NCBI GenBank assembly: GCA_043819795.1
Contig: JBDREN010000140.1
Location: forward strand, 1-64,000
Source: Elusimicrobiota bacterium
GTDB taxonomy: Bacteria; Elusimicrobiota; Elusimicrobia; UBA1565
Reading direction: 5' to 3'
Length of the DNA stretch: 64,000 nucleotides
This document shows positions 1 through 9,478 of the stretch, one piece after another; position 1 is the stretch's first letter, and the number at the start of each line of letters is the position of its first letter. The position numbers were made by a program, and so were the translations under genes. The notes under the pieces are model-generated. The model searched no databases, was not told the origin of the DNA, and saw only the letters and a list, made by a program, of their open reading frames with translations.

Positions 1-200
1 GGTTGCGGGACGAACGCAGCGCCACGTTCCCGACTCAATTGCGACCTTGCGTTATCTGATCGCCCGCAGGATCGCGCGCGAACTGCCTCGCTGTCCCGGC
101 TGCGGGTTGAGGGCATCCCGTTTATGACACAGTAGTACTAGGACGTCGCGGCCTTTCGGAACTCGGTCGTCAGCTTCAGATAAGTCAATAGCCGGGTGAT

Positions 201-959
201 TTAAGGCGTTGCAGGGCGAGAAGGGCGGGCCCACGAGTAGCGGATGACCTCGTAGCTGGTCTCTTTGTAAAGTAGACGGAGCCGATCAGGCTCCCCCTTC
301 ATGGCGAAGGCTGAAAACGGATTGGCGCCGGCAGAAACAGGAATCAGGCGAAATGGGTGAGCTAGCGTTTCCCGAAGAGCAGGGTCCATCTCTTCCACAT
401 TTTTCAGCGTCTTTAATGAATTGCCAGCGCGGTACTCCGCGAGATTGTCGGCGTCCAGCGCATCCGCCCTCAGAAAAGCGCCGGAAGCCGGGGGCACCCG
501 CTTCGCCCTTGCGGCGAGCGCCTTTGCCCGCCGGATCAGTGCAGCAAGCCGGGATGGAACCGCGTCGGGCTGCCCGGCCCACGAGAGCCTCGCGCCGCCG
601 GATTGCCGGGCGATGACGCGCAGGTGGCCGGGATGCGCTTGCGACGGCGGCAGCATGGCCTCGGCAGACTCCTGCTTGGCCGGCAGCGATTCCGATGGAA
701 TGCCGTTCAACGCCCGAAAGACGCCGGCGACGGGAAGAGAGGCTTCTTTCAGCTCCTCTATCAGATAATCCTCGCAGGCATATCGCTGGACAAGGCCCCC
801 ATCCTCAAGATAAAAGGCGACGGATTTCGCCGTCCTATCCTCGCTGGTGAAAGGAGGCTGCTCTTCGATGAAAATGAACGCGCCGGCATGGAAGGCGTTT
901 TCACCCCAACCGGTCGAAACGGCAAGCGCCAGCAGTGCGGCGGCCCAGCCCGCAAACAT
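201..959 (-). CDS. Hypothetical secreted protein
   Basis: 252-aa ORF with hydrophobic signal-like N-terminus; AAGGAG upstream; TATAAT-like hexamer near 1044-1049 on the minus strand. Confidence 0.55.
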   Translation of the reverse strand: MFAGWAAALLALAVSTGWGENAFHAGAFIFIEEQPPFTSEDRTAKSVAFYLEDGGLVQRYACEDYLIEELKEASLPVAGVFRALNGIPSESLPAKQESAEAMLPPSQAHPGHLRVIARQSGGARLSWAGQPDAVPSRLAALIRRAKALAARAKRVPPASGAFLRADALDADNLAEYRAGNSLKTLKNVEEMDPALRETLAHPFRLIPVSAGANPFSAFAMKGEPDRLRLLYKETSYEVIRYSWARPSRPATP

Positions 960-1335
960 GAGGGACTCCTTAACGGCGTAAGGCGCGTTCGTCCGGATGT
1001 CGTCCTCTCGTGCGAATCCCGCACAAAATCGCCGGACCTCTGTTATTATACTTTTGATGGTACGTCCCGAACGAACTGCTCAAGTGAAGGGTCTGTTCGT
1101 AGCCCTCCGCGTTTGGACGGTCGTCAAGGTGTCAAGGCATCGCCAGAACGCCCAATGGACAGGCTGCCGACTCTACGCGGATGAATGAGACCAAAATGGC
1201 ACCAAAGTCTAACGCAAGGCCGCGAAAAATCGGGAAGCTCCGGGAAAAGGCGGGAAAGGGCTTTTCAGGCGCCTCTCGACGAGGATCGTAGTTCTCAACG
1301 GGAGATTTCTACACGCAAGAAAGGCAGGGCAGCAT

Positions 1336-1374
1336 TTTTAAGTCCGCTGCGTCTGCCAGTTCCGCCACCTGCCC
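1336..1374 (-). tRNA. Truncated 5' half of tRNA-Leu(TAA), att-site-like fragment
   Basis: Minus strand reads GGGCAGG TG GCGGAACTGGCAGACGC A GCGGA CTTAAAA (acceptor 5' strand, D arm, anticodon loop with TAA), then diverges; no TCCGC 3' stem follows. Confidence 0.8.
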
Positions 1375-1954
1375 GTCTATATTTTTCCTACGCTTTTTGA
1401 TGCCGGCGGACCGCATGCACCGGCGATGCGGCCAAAATGGGACCAAACATGTCGTCCGTCCAACTGCGCTACATCTCGATTCTACCATTTTCAAACTGCG
1501 GCCACATGCAACGACGACCGGAGGCGGCGTCTCCTCACCTGCCAGCTTCAGTTGCCGAAGGGGCAGCGGAAGGGCGCTGTCTGGCATATCGGCAGCGACC
1601 CTGTTGCCTTCAGCGTTTGTAACCGACTCGGCTTCCGCCACATCCGATATTTCGAGGCTGACTTCCCGCACCCCACACGACCCCTGTCTACGCTTCGGAC
1701 CTCGCGTTAACACGACGCCCGCAAGACTCGGTGCCGACCTGCCTGCTCCGGCTTCGGTCGGACAGGACTTACACCTGCATGTCGACATCAGCTTTTCCCA
1801 GCGCGATACAAATCTTCGGCGCGCCCGGGTGTAGTTGACCGGCGAAGTCGACTAAGCTATAGTGATTACCGAGTCGGAGTTGTTCTCAGCCGATCTCCCG
1901 GCAAGCTGAACTACGCCGGGTTAACTGCACGAGACAACCGAGGAGGTTGCCAGG

Positions 1955-2299
1955 ATGACTGAAAATCGGATTAGGGTTGCGGCCAATACAGTAGCGTATG
2001 CTGACGCGGAGAAACACAAGCTAGTAGTGGAGTTCGCCATCCCAGGAGCGCCAACGGACACCATCGACCTGAAAATCCTGCCAGACAGCGTCCACCTGAC
2101 AGCGCCAGCGGGGGACAGCGAGTATGTTGCAGCACTGGCTTTAGCTTGGCCGGTGAAACCCAACCAAGCCGAAGCGATCTACGAGCACGGCCTGCTCCGA
2201 ATCGAGGTGCCCTTCAAAGATCCAATGGAAGATGCTGTGAAGGTCGCCATCAAAGCAGGTGGCGCGGAAACCAAGATCAAGAAAATCGAAGCCTGCTGA
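1955..2299 (+). CDS. Hsp20/alpha-crystallin family small heat-shock protein
   Basis: VEFAIPG and AEAIYEHGLLRIEVP motifs; GGAGG Shine-Dalgarno (SD). Confidence 0.8.
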   Translation: MTENRIRVAANTVAYADAEKHKLVVEFAIPGAPTDTIDLKILPDSVHLTAPAGDSEYVAALALAWPVKPNQAEAIYEHGLLRIEVPFKDPMEDAVKVAIKAGGAETKIKKIEAC

Positions 2300-2304
2300 C
2301 CCGT

Positions 2305-2720
2305 TATTGAGCTACGCATAAGTAACAGGACATATGCTGCCATGACTGCATGTCACGACCAATGGGCAGTCAGGGGCAACTGGAAAAGCGTCGCCGGCTG
2401 GCCATCGAGCCGTTGAATGCAGGATGGAACGCGCTGGCGGTCGCCCGGAAGGGAGGGTGCGCGCGGAGCGCCGTGTATGCGTGGTGGACGGCGTTCCGCC
2501 AGGGGGGTGCTCGGGGGACTGAAGTCCAAACCGGTCCCGGGCCGCCCCCAGAAGCTGAGGCCTCGCCAGAAACGAGGACTGACCAAGATCCTTTTGGCAG
2601 GAGCCCTGGGCTGCGGCTATTCCACGGACCTATGGACTCAAAAGCGTGTAGCGCGGGTGATCCGGGATCGTTTCGGGATAGACTACCACCCCAACCACAC
2701 GTGGCGCTTCCTTCTCGGTA
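2305..2720 (+). pseudogene. IS630-family transposase remnant (N-terminal HTH part, frameshifted and truncated)
   Basis: Frame 1 gives LEKRRRLAI...AVARKGGCARSAVYAWW; after the G-run near 2502-2508 another frame gives GLKSKPVPGRPQKL...DLWTQKRVARVIRDRFGIDYHPNHTWRFL; no DDE domain; TIR-like TATTGAGCTACGCATAAGTAA at 2305. Confidence 0.75.
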
Positions 2721-2944
2721 AGGGATGCTCTGTGGCAGTCCTGCCGCCGCTGCCAGGGATATTGGTGGTTCGATTGGTCCGGCTATGCGCCCGGTCGGCA
2801 TAAGGCTGCGGCTCGGCTGAGCGCGGCCGACGGAGAAATAGAGCGAGGAGATAAAGTCGGATTCCTGGTGAAGTTCGACGAGCAATAACCCGCTCCAGCG
2901 GAACAAGCCGTGACGCAAATTAGACGAAAACAGGAGGCAGCATA

Positions 2945-3697
2945 ATGTTCGGATTCGCCCCCATCATCGTCATCCTGGTGGTTCTGCTTTTTAGCGTGAT
3001 CAAGATACTTAAGGAGTACGAGCGCGGCGTCATCTTCACCTTGGGGCGCTTCACGGGCGTGAAGGGGCCGGGCCTGATCATCGTGATCCCCGGCATCCAG
3101 CAGATGACCCGGATCAGTCTGCGCACCGTCGTGCTCGACGTCCCGCCCCAGGACGTCATCACTCGCGACAACGTCACGGTAAAAGTCAACGCCGTAATCT
3201 ACTACAGGGTCATGGACGCGAGCAAAGCCGTGCTGCAGGTCGAAAACTACTACTACGCCACCAGCCAGCTCGCGCAGACGACCTTGCGTGGCGTGCTGGG
3301 CAAGATGGAACTAGACGACCTTCTCAGTAATCGCGACAAGATCAACATGGAACTGCAGACGATACTGGATACGGACACCGATCCGTGGGGAGTGAAGGTC
3401 AGCAAGGTCGAGGTCAAGGACGTGGACCTGCCCGAGACCATGCAGCGGTCCATGGCCAAGCAGGCCGAGGCCGAGCGCGAGCGGCGGGCCAAGATCATCC
3501 ATGCCGAGGGCGAACTGCAGGCTTCCGAGAAGCTGGGCCAGGCCGCGGCCGTGCTTTCAAAGAACCCGGCCGGCATCCAGCTGCGTTATCTGCAGACCCT
3601 GACGGAAGTCTCGGTCGACAAGAACTCGACAGTGATCTTTCCCATTCCGATGGATTTCTTTAGGGCGCTAAACAAATTCGCCGACGGCAAGGATTGA
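2945..3697 (+). CDS. SPFH/stomatin (slipin) family membrane protein
   Basis: [28 protein letters not shown] and [15 protein letters not shown] motifs; AGGAGG SD. Confidence 0.92.
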   Translation: MFGFAPIIVILVVLLFSVIKILKEYERGVIFTLGRFTGVKGPGLIIVIPGIQQMTRISLRTVVLDVPPQDVITRDNVTVKVNAVIYYRVMDASKAVLQVENYYYATSQLAQTTLRGVLGKMELDDLLSNRDKINMELQTILDTDTDPWGVKVSKVEVKDVDLPETMQRSMAKQAEAERERRAKIIHAEGELQASEKLGQAAAVLSKNPAGIQLRYLQTLTEVSVDKNSTVIFPIPMDFFRALNKFADGKD

Positions 3698-3741
3698 GAG
3701 TCCGTTTTTTCCGGTCTTGACCGACGGAGGAGCAGGGAAGA

Positions 3742-4278
3742 ATGGTGAATGGTGACAGTTCGGGCTACGACGAGAGGGGCTTGCCGAAGACGGCGACGGC
3801 TCTTTTGGCCGGCCTCCTCATCCTCGTGGCCGGATGCGCGAGTTTCCGGCATGGATGGCGCCGCTCCATGGACAGTCACTGCACCCAGGGTATCTCGCAA
3901 TTCCAAATCATTCAGCGCAATCCGGATCGATATATGGGCTCTCTGCAGGCCTTTCGCGGCGATATCGCGGAGGCCCGGGAAGTCGGCGGATCACTGATCC
4001 TAAAATTGTTCATACGCGACCGATCCTCCGGATACGACACGAGTCTGTATCACTCGATCATGGTTGTAGCCCCGGATAGTTTCAATATCCCCATCGCAGC
4101 GGGAGACAAGGATGTGTACGTTCTGGGGCGCATAGCCAATTCGCTATCAGGTGATAAGTCCTTCGGACCGCAGGTGGACGCGTTTTCCCTTCAGATGGCG
4201 GCCATAAAGAGCGAGAAAGGGATGTGGTTCGAGCCGAGCGAGAAGGATGCCCACGCCTACTGGCGCGAGTGCGAATAA
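3742..4278 (+). CDS. Hypothetical lipoprotein
   Basis: Hydrophobic stretch ending in lipobox-like LVAGC; exact start uncertain. Confidence 0.5.
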   Translation: MVNGDSSGYDERGLPKTATALLAGLLILVAGCASFRHGWRRSMDSHCTQGISQFQIIQRNPDRYMGSLQAFRGDIAEAREVGGSLILKLFIRDRSSGYDTSLYHSIMVVAPDSFNIPIAAGDKDVYVLGRIANSLSGDKSFGPQVDAFSLQMAAIKSEKGMWFEPSEKDAHAYWRECE

Positions 4279-4532
4279 GACATGACCGCCATGACTCGTG
4301 TTTGGAGCAATCTATTGCGGAAGGACCTTGCAGACAGCCTTCAGTATCTAGAAGTTTCTATTTGCGCGCGTTGACGACCTGAAGCTCAGTAGCGTTATCC
4401 TGAAGCAGACCATCCAACGGGGTCAGAGAGGCGGGAGCCGCTTACGAATCGATTGCTCTGCCAGGCGAGCTACGGCTTCCATTCCCTTGGCGTGGTTTGA
4501 ACGCCGGCCGGGCTGGCCGGGGCGCCGCAGGC

Positions 4533-5336
4533 TCAGGCCTGCTTGGCGCTCCAGGCCATGTCTCGGTTGGACCCGGCCGCTTCCGACCGGCGCCCGAGAA
4601 TCAGGCATCCGAATTCGATCTCCCCGAACCAGTCCCGGACCCGCGAAAGAACCGCCTCGGCCTCCAGTCCTTCTTCGAGCAGCCGGTAGGCGCGGAGCGC
4701 GGCGTGACGCCGCGCAATCTCCTCGCCGATCCCGGTGAAGGCCACCGCCCCCCAAGAACCCGCGTAAAGGCCGCAGCCCGGGAGAGGAACGTCGCCGACT
4801 CTGCCCAGGGGCGAGCGCGTCAGGCCGCCGGAACTCAAAGCCGCGGCGAACCGGGTCCCGTCCGTCGCGACGCAACCGACCGTGTCCGAAACGGGCTCCG
4901 TTTCCTCGAACCGCCGCCGGGCCTCGTCGGTGGACTGATCGCCCTCGGGAAGCCCGCGCGCGCGCGCGAACGATAGGGCTCCGGGGCCGCAGAGTATCCG
5001 CAGGCCTCCTTCGGACAACGCTTCGGCGGCCCGTATCGGGTTCCGGATCCGCTCAAGGCAAACGACGGCGCCGAAATCGGGGGCTCCCGCCTCGCCCGAC
5101 GACATCAGCGCGGCGTCCATCTGGATCGTCTTTCCGTCGGCCCGCAAAGACGAGCCCAAGCCCGCGTTGAAGCGCCGGTCCGCCTCCATGTCCGCGACCG
5201 CGGCCGCGGCCGCCGCGCCGGGCCCTTGGCCTCTCTCCAATATGCGGACACAGGTTTCGGCGGCCGCGAGCGTCCCGTCGGACCACTCCGAGCGCGAACT
5301 CGATCCGCCGTGAGTGAGTACGCGGAAATAAGCCAT
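4533..5336 (-). CDS. iaaA: Isoaspartyl peptidase/L-asparaginase (Ntn hydrolase)
   Basis: THGG, FNAGLGS, QMDAALM, DTVGCVA (Thr nucleophile), GRVGDVPLPGCG, TGIGEEI; start set at MAYFRV (5336) rather than the longer ORF that overlaps cphB. Confidence 0.88.
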   Translation of the reverse strand: MAYFRVLTHGGSSSRSEWSDGTLAAAETCVRILERGQGPGAAAAAAVADMEADRRFNAGLGSSLRADGKTIQMDAALMSSGEAGAPDFGAVVCLERIRNPIRAAEALSEGGLRILCGPGALSFARARGLPEGDQSTDEARRRFEETEPVSDTVGCVATDGTRFAAALSSGGLTRSPLGRVGDVPLPGCGLYAGSWGAVAFTGIGEEIARRHAALRAYRLLEEGLEAEAVLSRVRDWFGEIEFGCLILGRRSEAAGSNRDMAWSAKQA

Positions 5337-5360
5337 CGAAAAGAATATATAATTTCCGCA
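5337..5360. promoter_or_regulatory. Overlapping bidirectional -10 elements for two leaderless mRNAs
   Basis: TATAAT at 5348-5353 (+) is 7 nt before the cphB ATG; TATATT at 5344-5349 (-) is 7 nt before the iaaA ATG; no SD on either side. Confidence 0.7.
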
Positions 5361-6212
5361 ATGGCTGAGAAAGAGCGCGCGAACGAATCCCACAAAAAGC
5401 AGGGGAAGCTCCTCCTCATAGGCGGCAACGAGGACAAGCGAAAGGAGATGGAGCTCTTGAGCCTCTTGGCGGCCGAAGCCGGAGGCAAGGACGCGCGCAT
5501 CGAGATCGTGACGACGGCGTCCAACGAGCCGGCCCGGACCGGAAAGGCTTATGAAAACGCCTTCCAGAAACTCGGGGTCCGCTATGCGAAGTCCCTGAAC
5601 ATCCGGGATCGGAAGGACGCCGACTCCTCCGACTCCTGCAAACGGATCCGGGCGGCGACCGCCATATTCTTTAGCGGAGGCGATCAACTCCGCATCACTG
5701 CGATCATCGAAGCCACCAAGGTCGCCGATGCGATACGGGATCACTACTACGAAGAAGGGAGCATCGTCGCGGGCACCTCGGCGGGAGCCGCCGCGCTGAC
5801 GACGACGATCATTTACGAGGGAGACTCCCCCGACGCCATCCGGAAAGGGACTGTCAAAATGAGCGGGGGACTCGGACTGCTGGACGGAGCCGTCATCGAC
5901 ACCCACTTTGTTTCCCGCGGGCGCATCGCCCGCCTCGTCCAGGCCGTGACCGGAAACCCCCGGCTGATCGGCATCGGCATCGGCGAGGACACGGGGATCC
6001 TTGTCAGCCAAGCGAACAAGTTCGAGGTGATGGGTTCCGGCATCGTGACCATCATCGACGGCAGCGACATCGGCCACTCCAGCGTAACCGAGGTCGAATT
6101 GGACGAGACCTTCTCCGTCGAGAACCTTCGCATGCACGTGCTCAGCGCCGGCACGGGATACGACCTTTCGCAAAGGAAGTTCCTGCGCTCTCCTAAGCCG
6201 GACCGTCGATGA
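5361..6212 (+). CDS. cphB: Cyanophycinase (peptidase S51)
   Basis: IGGNEDK, FFSGGDQLRI, GTSAGA nucleophile motif, IDTHFVSRGR, GIGEDT; overlaps the cphA start (ATGA). Confidence 0.93.
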   Translation: MAEKERANESHKKQGKLLLIGGNEDKRKEMELLSLLAAEAGGKDARIEIVTTASNEPARTGKAYENAFQKLGVRYAKSLNIRDRKDADSSDSCKRIRAATAIFFSGGDQLRITAIIEATKVADAIRDHYYEEGSIVAGTSAGAAALTTTIIYEGDSPDAIRKGTVKMSGGLGLLDGAVIDTHFVSRGRIARLVQAVTGNPRLIGIGIGEDTGILVSQANKFEVMGSGIVTIIDGSDIGHSSVTEVELDETFSVENLRMHVLSAGTGYDLSQRKFLRSPKPDRR

Positions 6213-8866
6213 AAGTCCTCGATCTGCGCGCGCTGCGCGGCCCCAATCTCTGGTCCCGGCACCTGACGATTTATATGCGCCTCGATTTAGAGGATCTGGC
6301 CGAGCTTCCGACCGAAAAGCACCCGGGCTTTACGGACCGGCTGATGAAGCTGCTGCCGTCTTTGATCGAGCACCGGTGCGGTGTCGGATGCCGCGGAGGC
6401 TTCCTCGGGCGCATGCGCGAGGGGACCTATCTCGCCCATGTCGTAGAGCACGTCGCGATCGAACTACAATGCCTCGCCGGCATGGAAGTGGGCTTCGGCA
6501 AGACCCGGGAGACGCATGAGCCCGGCATCTACCGTATCGTATTCCGATACAGGGACGAGAATGCGGGCCTGGAAGCCGGCCGTCTCGCGGTCGAATTGGT
6601 CGAGAATACGATCGCCCGAAAGCCCTTCGACATCGAAGCGGGTCTGCAGCGGCTCCGCGAGATCCGCGAGGAGAGCATGTTCGGCCCCTCGACGAGCTCG
6701 ATCGTCGAGGAAGCTGTGCGGCGGGACATCCCGTTCTTGCGCCTCAACGAAGCCTCACTGGTCCAACTCGGCTGGGGAGCGCAGCAGCGCCGAATCCAGG
6801 CGACGATGACCGGCGCCACTTCGGCGCTCGGCGTCGAGATCGCCGACGACAAGAACCTAGCGAAGCAGCTCCTTTCGGAGATCGGCGTCCCCACCCCCGA
6901 GGGCCGCGTCGTGAACTCGCTGGAAGCGGCTCTCGAGGCGGCGAAGGAGCTGGATTTTCCGGTCACGGTAAAGCCGCTCGTCGGCAACCACGGCAGGGGG
7001 ATCTCCGTGAAGGTCGAGGACGCCGCTCAGATCGAAGACGCTTTCCGGACGGCGCGCGGCATCTTCCACAATGTCCTCGTCGAAAGACATCTGGCCGGAC
7101 GGGATTTCCGGATCCTCGTCGTAGGCCACCGATGCGTCGCCGCAGCCCTCCGTACGCCGGCGCACGTCGTCGGCGACGGACGCCGCACCGTCCGAGAACT
7201 GCTGGATGATGAGAACTCGGACCCACGGCGCGGCTTCGGGCATGAGAAGGTCCTGACTCTCATCGCCTTAGACGAAATGTCGGAGCGCCTCCTTCACGAC
7301 CAGGGCCTGTCGCTGGAGGCCGTTCCCGCCGCGGGCCGGGAAGTCCGCTTGAAGTCCACCGCCAATCTATCCACGGGAGGGACCGCCGAGGACGTCACAG
7401 ACCTCGTTCATCCCGCGAACAAGTTCCTCGCCGAGCGCATCAGCCGATGCGTGGGCCTCGACGTAATGGGAATAGACATCGTCGCTCCGACGCTCGAGAC
7501 TCCACTCGGCGAGAACGGCGGCGGAGTCGTCGAGGTCAACGCAGCGCCCGGCTTCCGCATGCACCTCTCTCCGACCAAGGGAGAGTCCCGGAACGTGGCG
7601 GTCCCGGTCGTCGACGCTCTGTTCGGAGAAAACGGCGCGGGGAGGATTCCCCTGGTCTCCGTCACGGGGACCAACGGCAAGACGACGACGGTGCGCCTGA
7701 TCGCCCACCTTCTGCAGCAAGCCGGCCGCTGCGTCGGGATGACGACCACCGACGGCGTCGTGGTAGGCGGCCATCGCGTCCTCCAGGGCGACTACTCGGG
7801 ACCGGGCGGCGCATCGGTCGTCCTGCGGGACCCCACCGTGGACGTCGCGGTCCTGGAGGTCGCCCGAGGCGGCATCCTCCGCAGGGGCCTAGGATACGAC
7901 CGCGCCGACGTCGCCGTCGTCCTCAATGTGACGGAGGACCACCTCGGGCAAGACGGGATCATGGACCTGGACACGCTAGCCGAGGTCAAGCGCGTCGTCG
8001 CCGACTCCCTATCGCCGGAGGGGCGAATCGTGCTCAACGCCGATGATCCGAAAGTGCTCGGGTTCCAGTCGGAGGCGAAGGTGCCGGTCATCCTGTTCTC
8101 GCTCCACCCCGAGTCCGAGCCCGTACGCCGCCATCTGGAGAACGGCGGGGACGTCATGACCGTCGAGGAGAGACAGATCGTTTTCCGCAGGGCTTCCAAC
8201 CCGGCGATCCCCATCCTATCGGTCCTCGAGGCCCCGATCACGTTCGGGGGCAGGGCGCTGTTCAACATCCAGAACGCGCTGGCCGCCACGGCGGCCGCGC
8301 AGGCCGCGCTGGACATCAAAGTGGAGGATCTGCGGTCCGGTCTCACGACGTTCCATCCCTCGATCAGCCAATCGCGCGGACGTATGAACCTCATCGAGGT
8401 AGGCGGCGTGAATTGTCTCGTCGACTTCGCCCACAACCCGACCGCGGTCAAGGCTCTTGCCGCGACGATCCGAGAGATCGCGAAAGACCAGCCGAAAGGG
8501 GGGAAGAGGATCGGCGTCGTCTCCGGCACCGGCAACCGACGGGCCGAAGACACCCAGGCCCTCGGGCGAATCTTCGCTGAGACTTTCACCGATCTGATTG
8601 TGAAGGACTCGGATTGCCGCGGGATGCCGCCGGGAGAGACCGCGGAGCTCCTGGCCTCGGCCGCGTTCGATGCGGGGTTTTCGAAACGCCGGCTGAAGAT
8701 CGTGATCGAAGAGCGCGCGGCCGTCGAAGCGTCTTTGGAGTCCGCCCGTTCGGGGGACCTCGTCGTCGTCTGTCCGGCCGACGACATCTCAGGCACGATC
8801 GGGACCTTGCTCGAGAAGAAGGAGCTCCACGCCCCGGACCTGAGCCGCCTTCCTCTTCCTTCCTGA
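6209..8866 (+). CDS. cphA: Cyanophycin synthetase CphA1
   Basis: 885 aa; LRGPNLWS, EHRC..GGF and HVVEHVAIELQ N-domain, ATP-grasp (KPLVGNHGRG, EVNAAPGFRMH), Mur-ligase domain (GTNGKTTT, EVARGGILRRGL, DFAHN). Confidence 0.96.
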   Translation: MKVLDLRALRGPNLWSRHLTIYMRLDLEDLAELPTEKHPGFTDRLMKLLPSLIEHRCGVGCRGGFLGRMREGTYLAHVVEHVAIELQCLAGMEVGFGKTRETHEPGIYRIVFRYRDENAGLEAGRLAVELVENTIARKPFDIEAGLQRLREIREESMFGPSTSSIVEEAVRRDIPFLRLNEASLVQLGWGAQQRRIQATMTGATSALGVEIADDKNLAKQLLSEIGVPTPEGRVVNSLEAALEAAKELDFPVTVKPLVGNHGRGISVKVEDAAQIEDAFRTARGIFHNVLVERHLAGRDFRILVVGHRCVAAALRTPAHVVGDGRRTVRELLDDENSDPRRGFGHEKVLTLIALDEMSERLLHDQGLSLEAVPAAGREVRLKSTANLSTGGTAEDVTDLVHPANKFLAERISRCVGLDVMGIDIVAPTLETPLGENGGGVVEVNAAPGFRMHLSPTKGESRNVAVPVVDALFGENGAGRIPLVSVTGTNGKTTTVRLIAHLLQQAGRCVGMTTTDGVVVGGHRVLQGDYSGPGGASVVLRDPTVDVAVLEVARGGILRRGLGYDRADVAVVLNVTEDHLGQDGIMDLDTLAEVKRVVADSLSPEGRIVLNADDPKVLGFQSEAKVPVILFSLHPESEPVRRHLENGGDVMTVEERQIVFRRASNPAIPILSVLEAPITFGGRALFNIQNALAATAAAQAALDIKVEDLRSGLTTFHPSISQSRGRMNLIEVGGVNCLVDFAHNPTAVKALAATIREIAKDQPKGGKRIGVVSGTGNRRAEDTQALGRIFAETFTDLIVKDSDCRGMPPGETAELLASAAFDAGFSKRRLKIVIEERAAVEASLESARSGDLVVVCPADDISGTIGTLLEKKELHAPDLSRLPLPS

Positions 8867-9307
8867 CCGGCATCACAGCCTCCTGCTTGGTGCCATGAGA
8901 GGATACTCCACGGAAACCGGCCGGCCGCGATTCTCAACGGGAACCGACTCCAGCCGACAGGGCATAAAGATCGCCTCCCGTGTGAGGCGAACGCTTTTTC
9001 CCTCACCAAGTGGAGTTCGCGGGCAAGAACTGGAAGGCCGCACTCTAGCGACAGCATGAATGACGTCTCCCCCGAGCAACAGGCGGGTTGGAAGGGCCGG
9101 TGCGCGCCAAAGGCGACGACCCCGGAGGAGCCATTCCGCGGTGTCGGCCTTCAAGAACGCCTTGTCCCTCCGGCTACGGTGCCGGACTTTAGCGTAGTGT
9201 TATCGTAGTGTTTTGGGGTCCAACAGGCAGGATGAGACGTGGGCGCTGTCCAACTCTCTCGACAAGAATTAGGTGGGGGGCAGCCACTCCGAGGGGTCTT
9301 CGTTGGC

Positions 9308-9346
9308 TTTTAAGTCCGCTGCGTCTGCCAGTTCCACCACCGGCCC
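9308..9346 (-). tRNA. Second truncated 5' half of tRNA-Leu(TAA)
   Basis: Minus strand reads GGGCCGGTGGTGGAACTGGCAGACGCAGCGGACTTAAAA; 37/39 identical to 1336-1374 and broken at the same position. Confidence 0.8.
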
Positions 9347-9478
9347 CCTTGTCGCACCCCTCACTGCGCTCGGGGCCTGAAGACCCGCGCGCGTGAGGTC
9401 TCGTGCTCGCGCGGGTGCTCCCGCTGGAGGCTGCCGCCCCCTCGCGCCGGCAAGACCCTTCGGGCCTTGCCGGCCTGG

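Noticed and set aside
1459..1478. CGAGATGTAGCGCAGTTGG on the minus strand resembles a tRNA-Pro 5' end
   Set aside because: Too short, and the D arm does not close; may be chance.
1309..1834. ORFs next to the left att-like site as a possible integrase or excisionase remnant
   Set aside because: No recognisable recombinase motifs in any listed frame.
1000..9346. Group I intron in tRNA-Leu(UAA), as in cyanobacteria
   Set aside because: No 3' exon (AAAATCCGC...) or recognisable intron core was found downstream of either half; an integration scar fits better.
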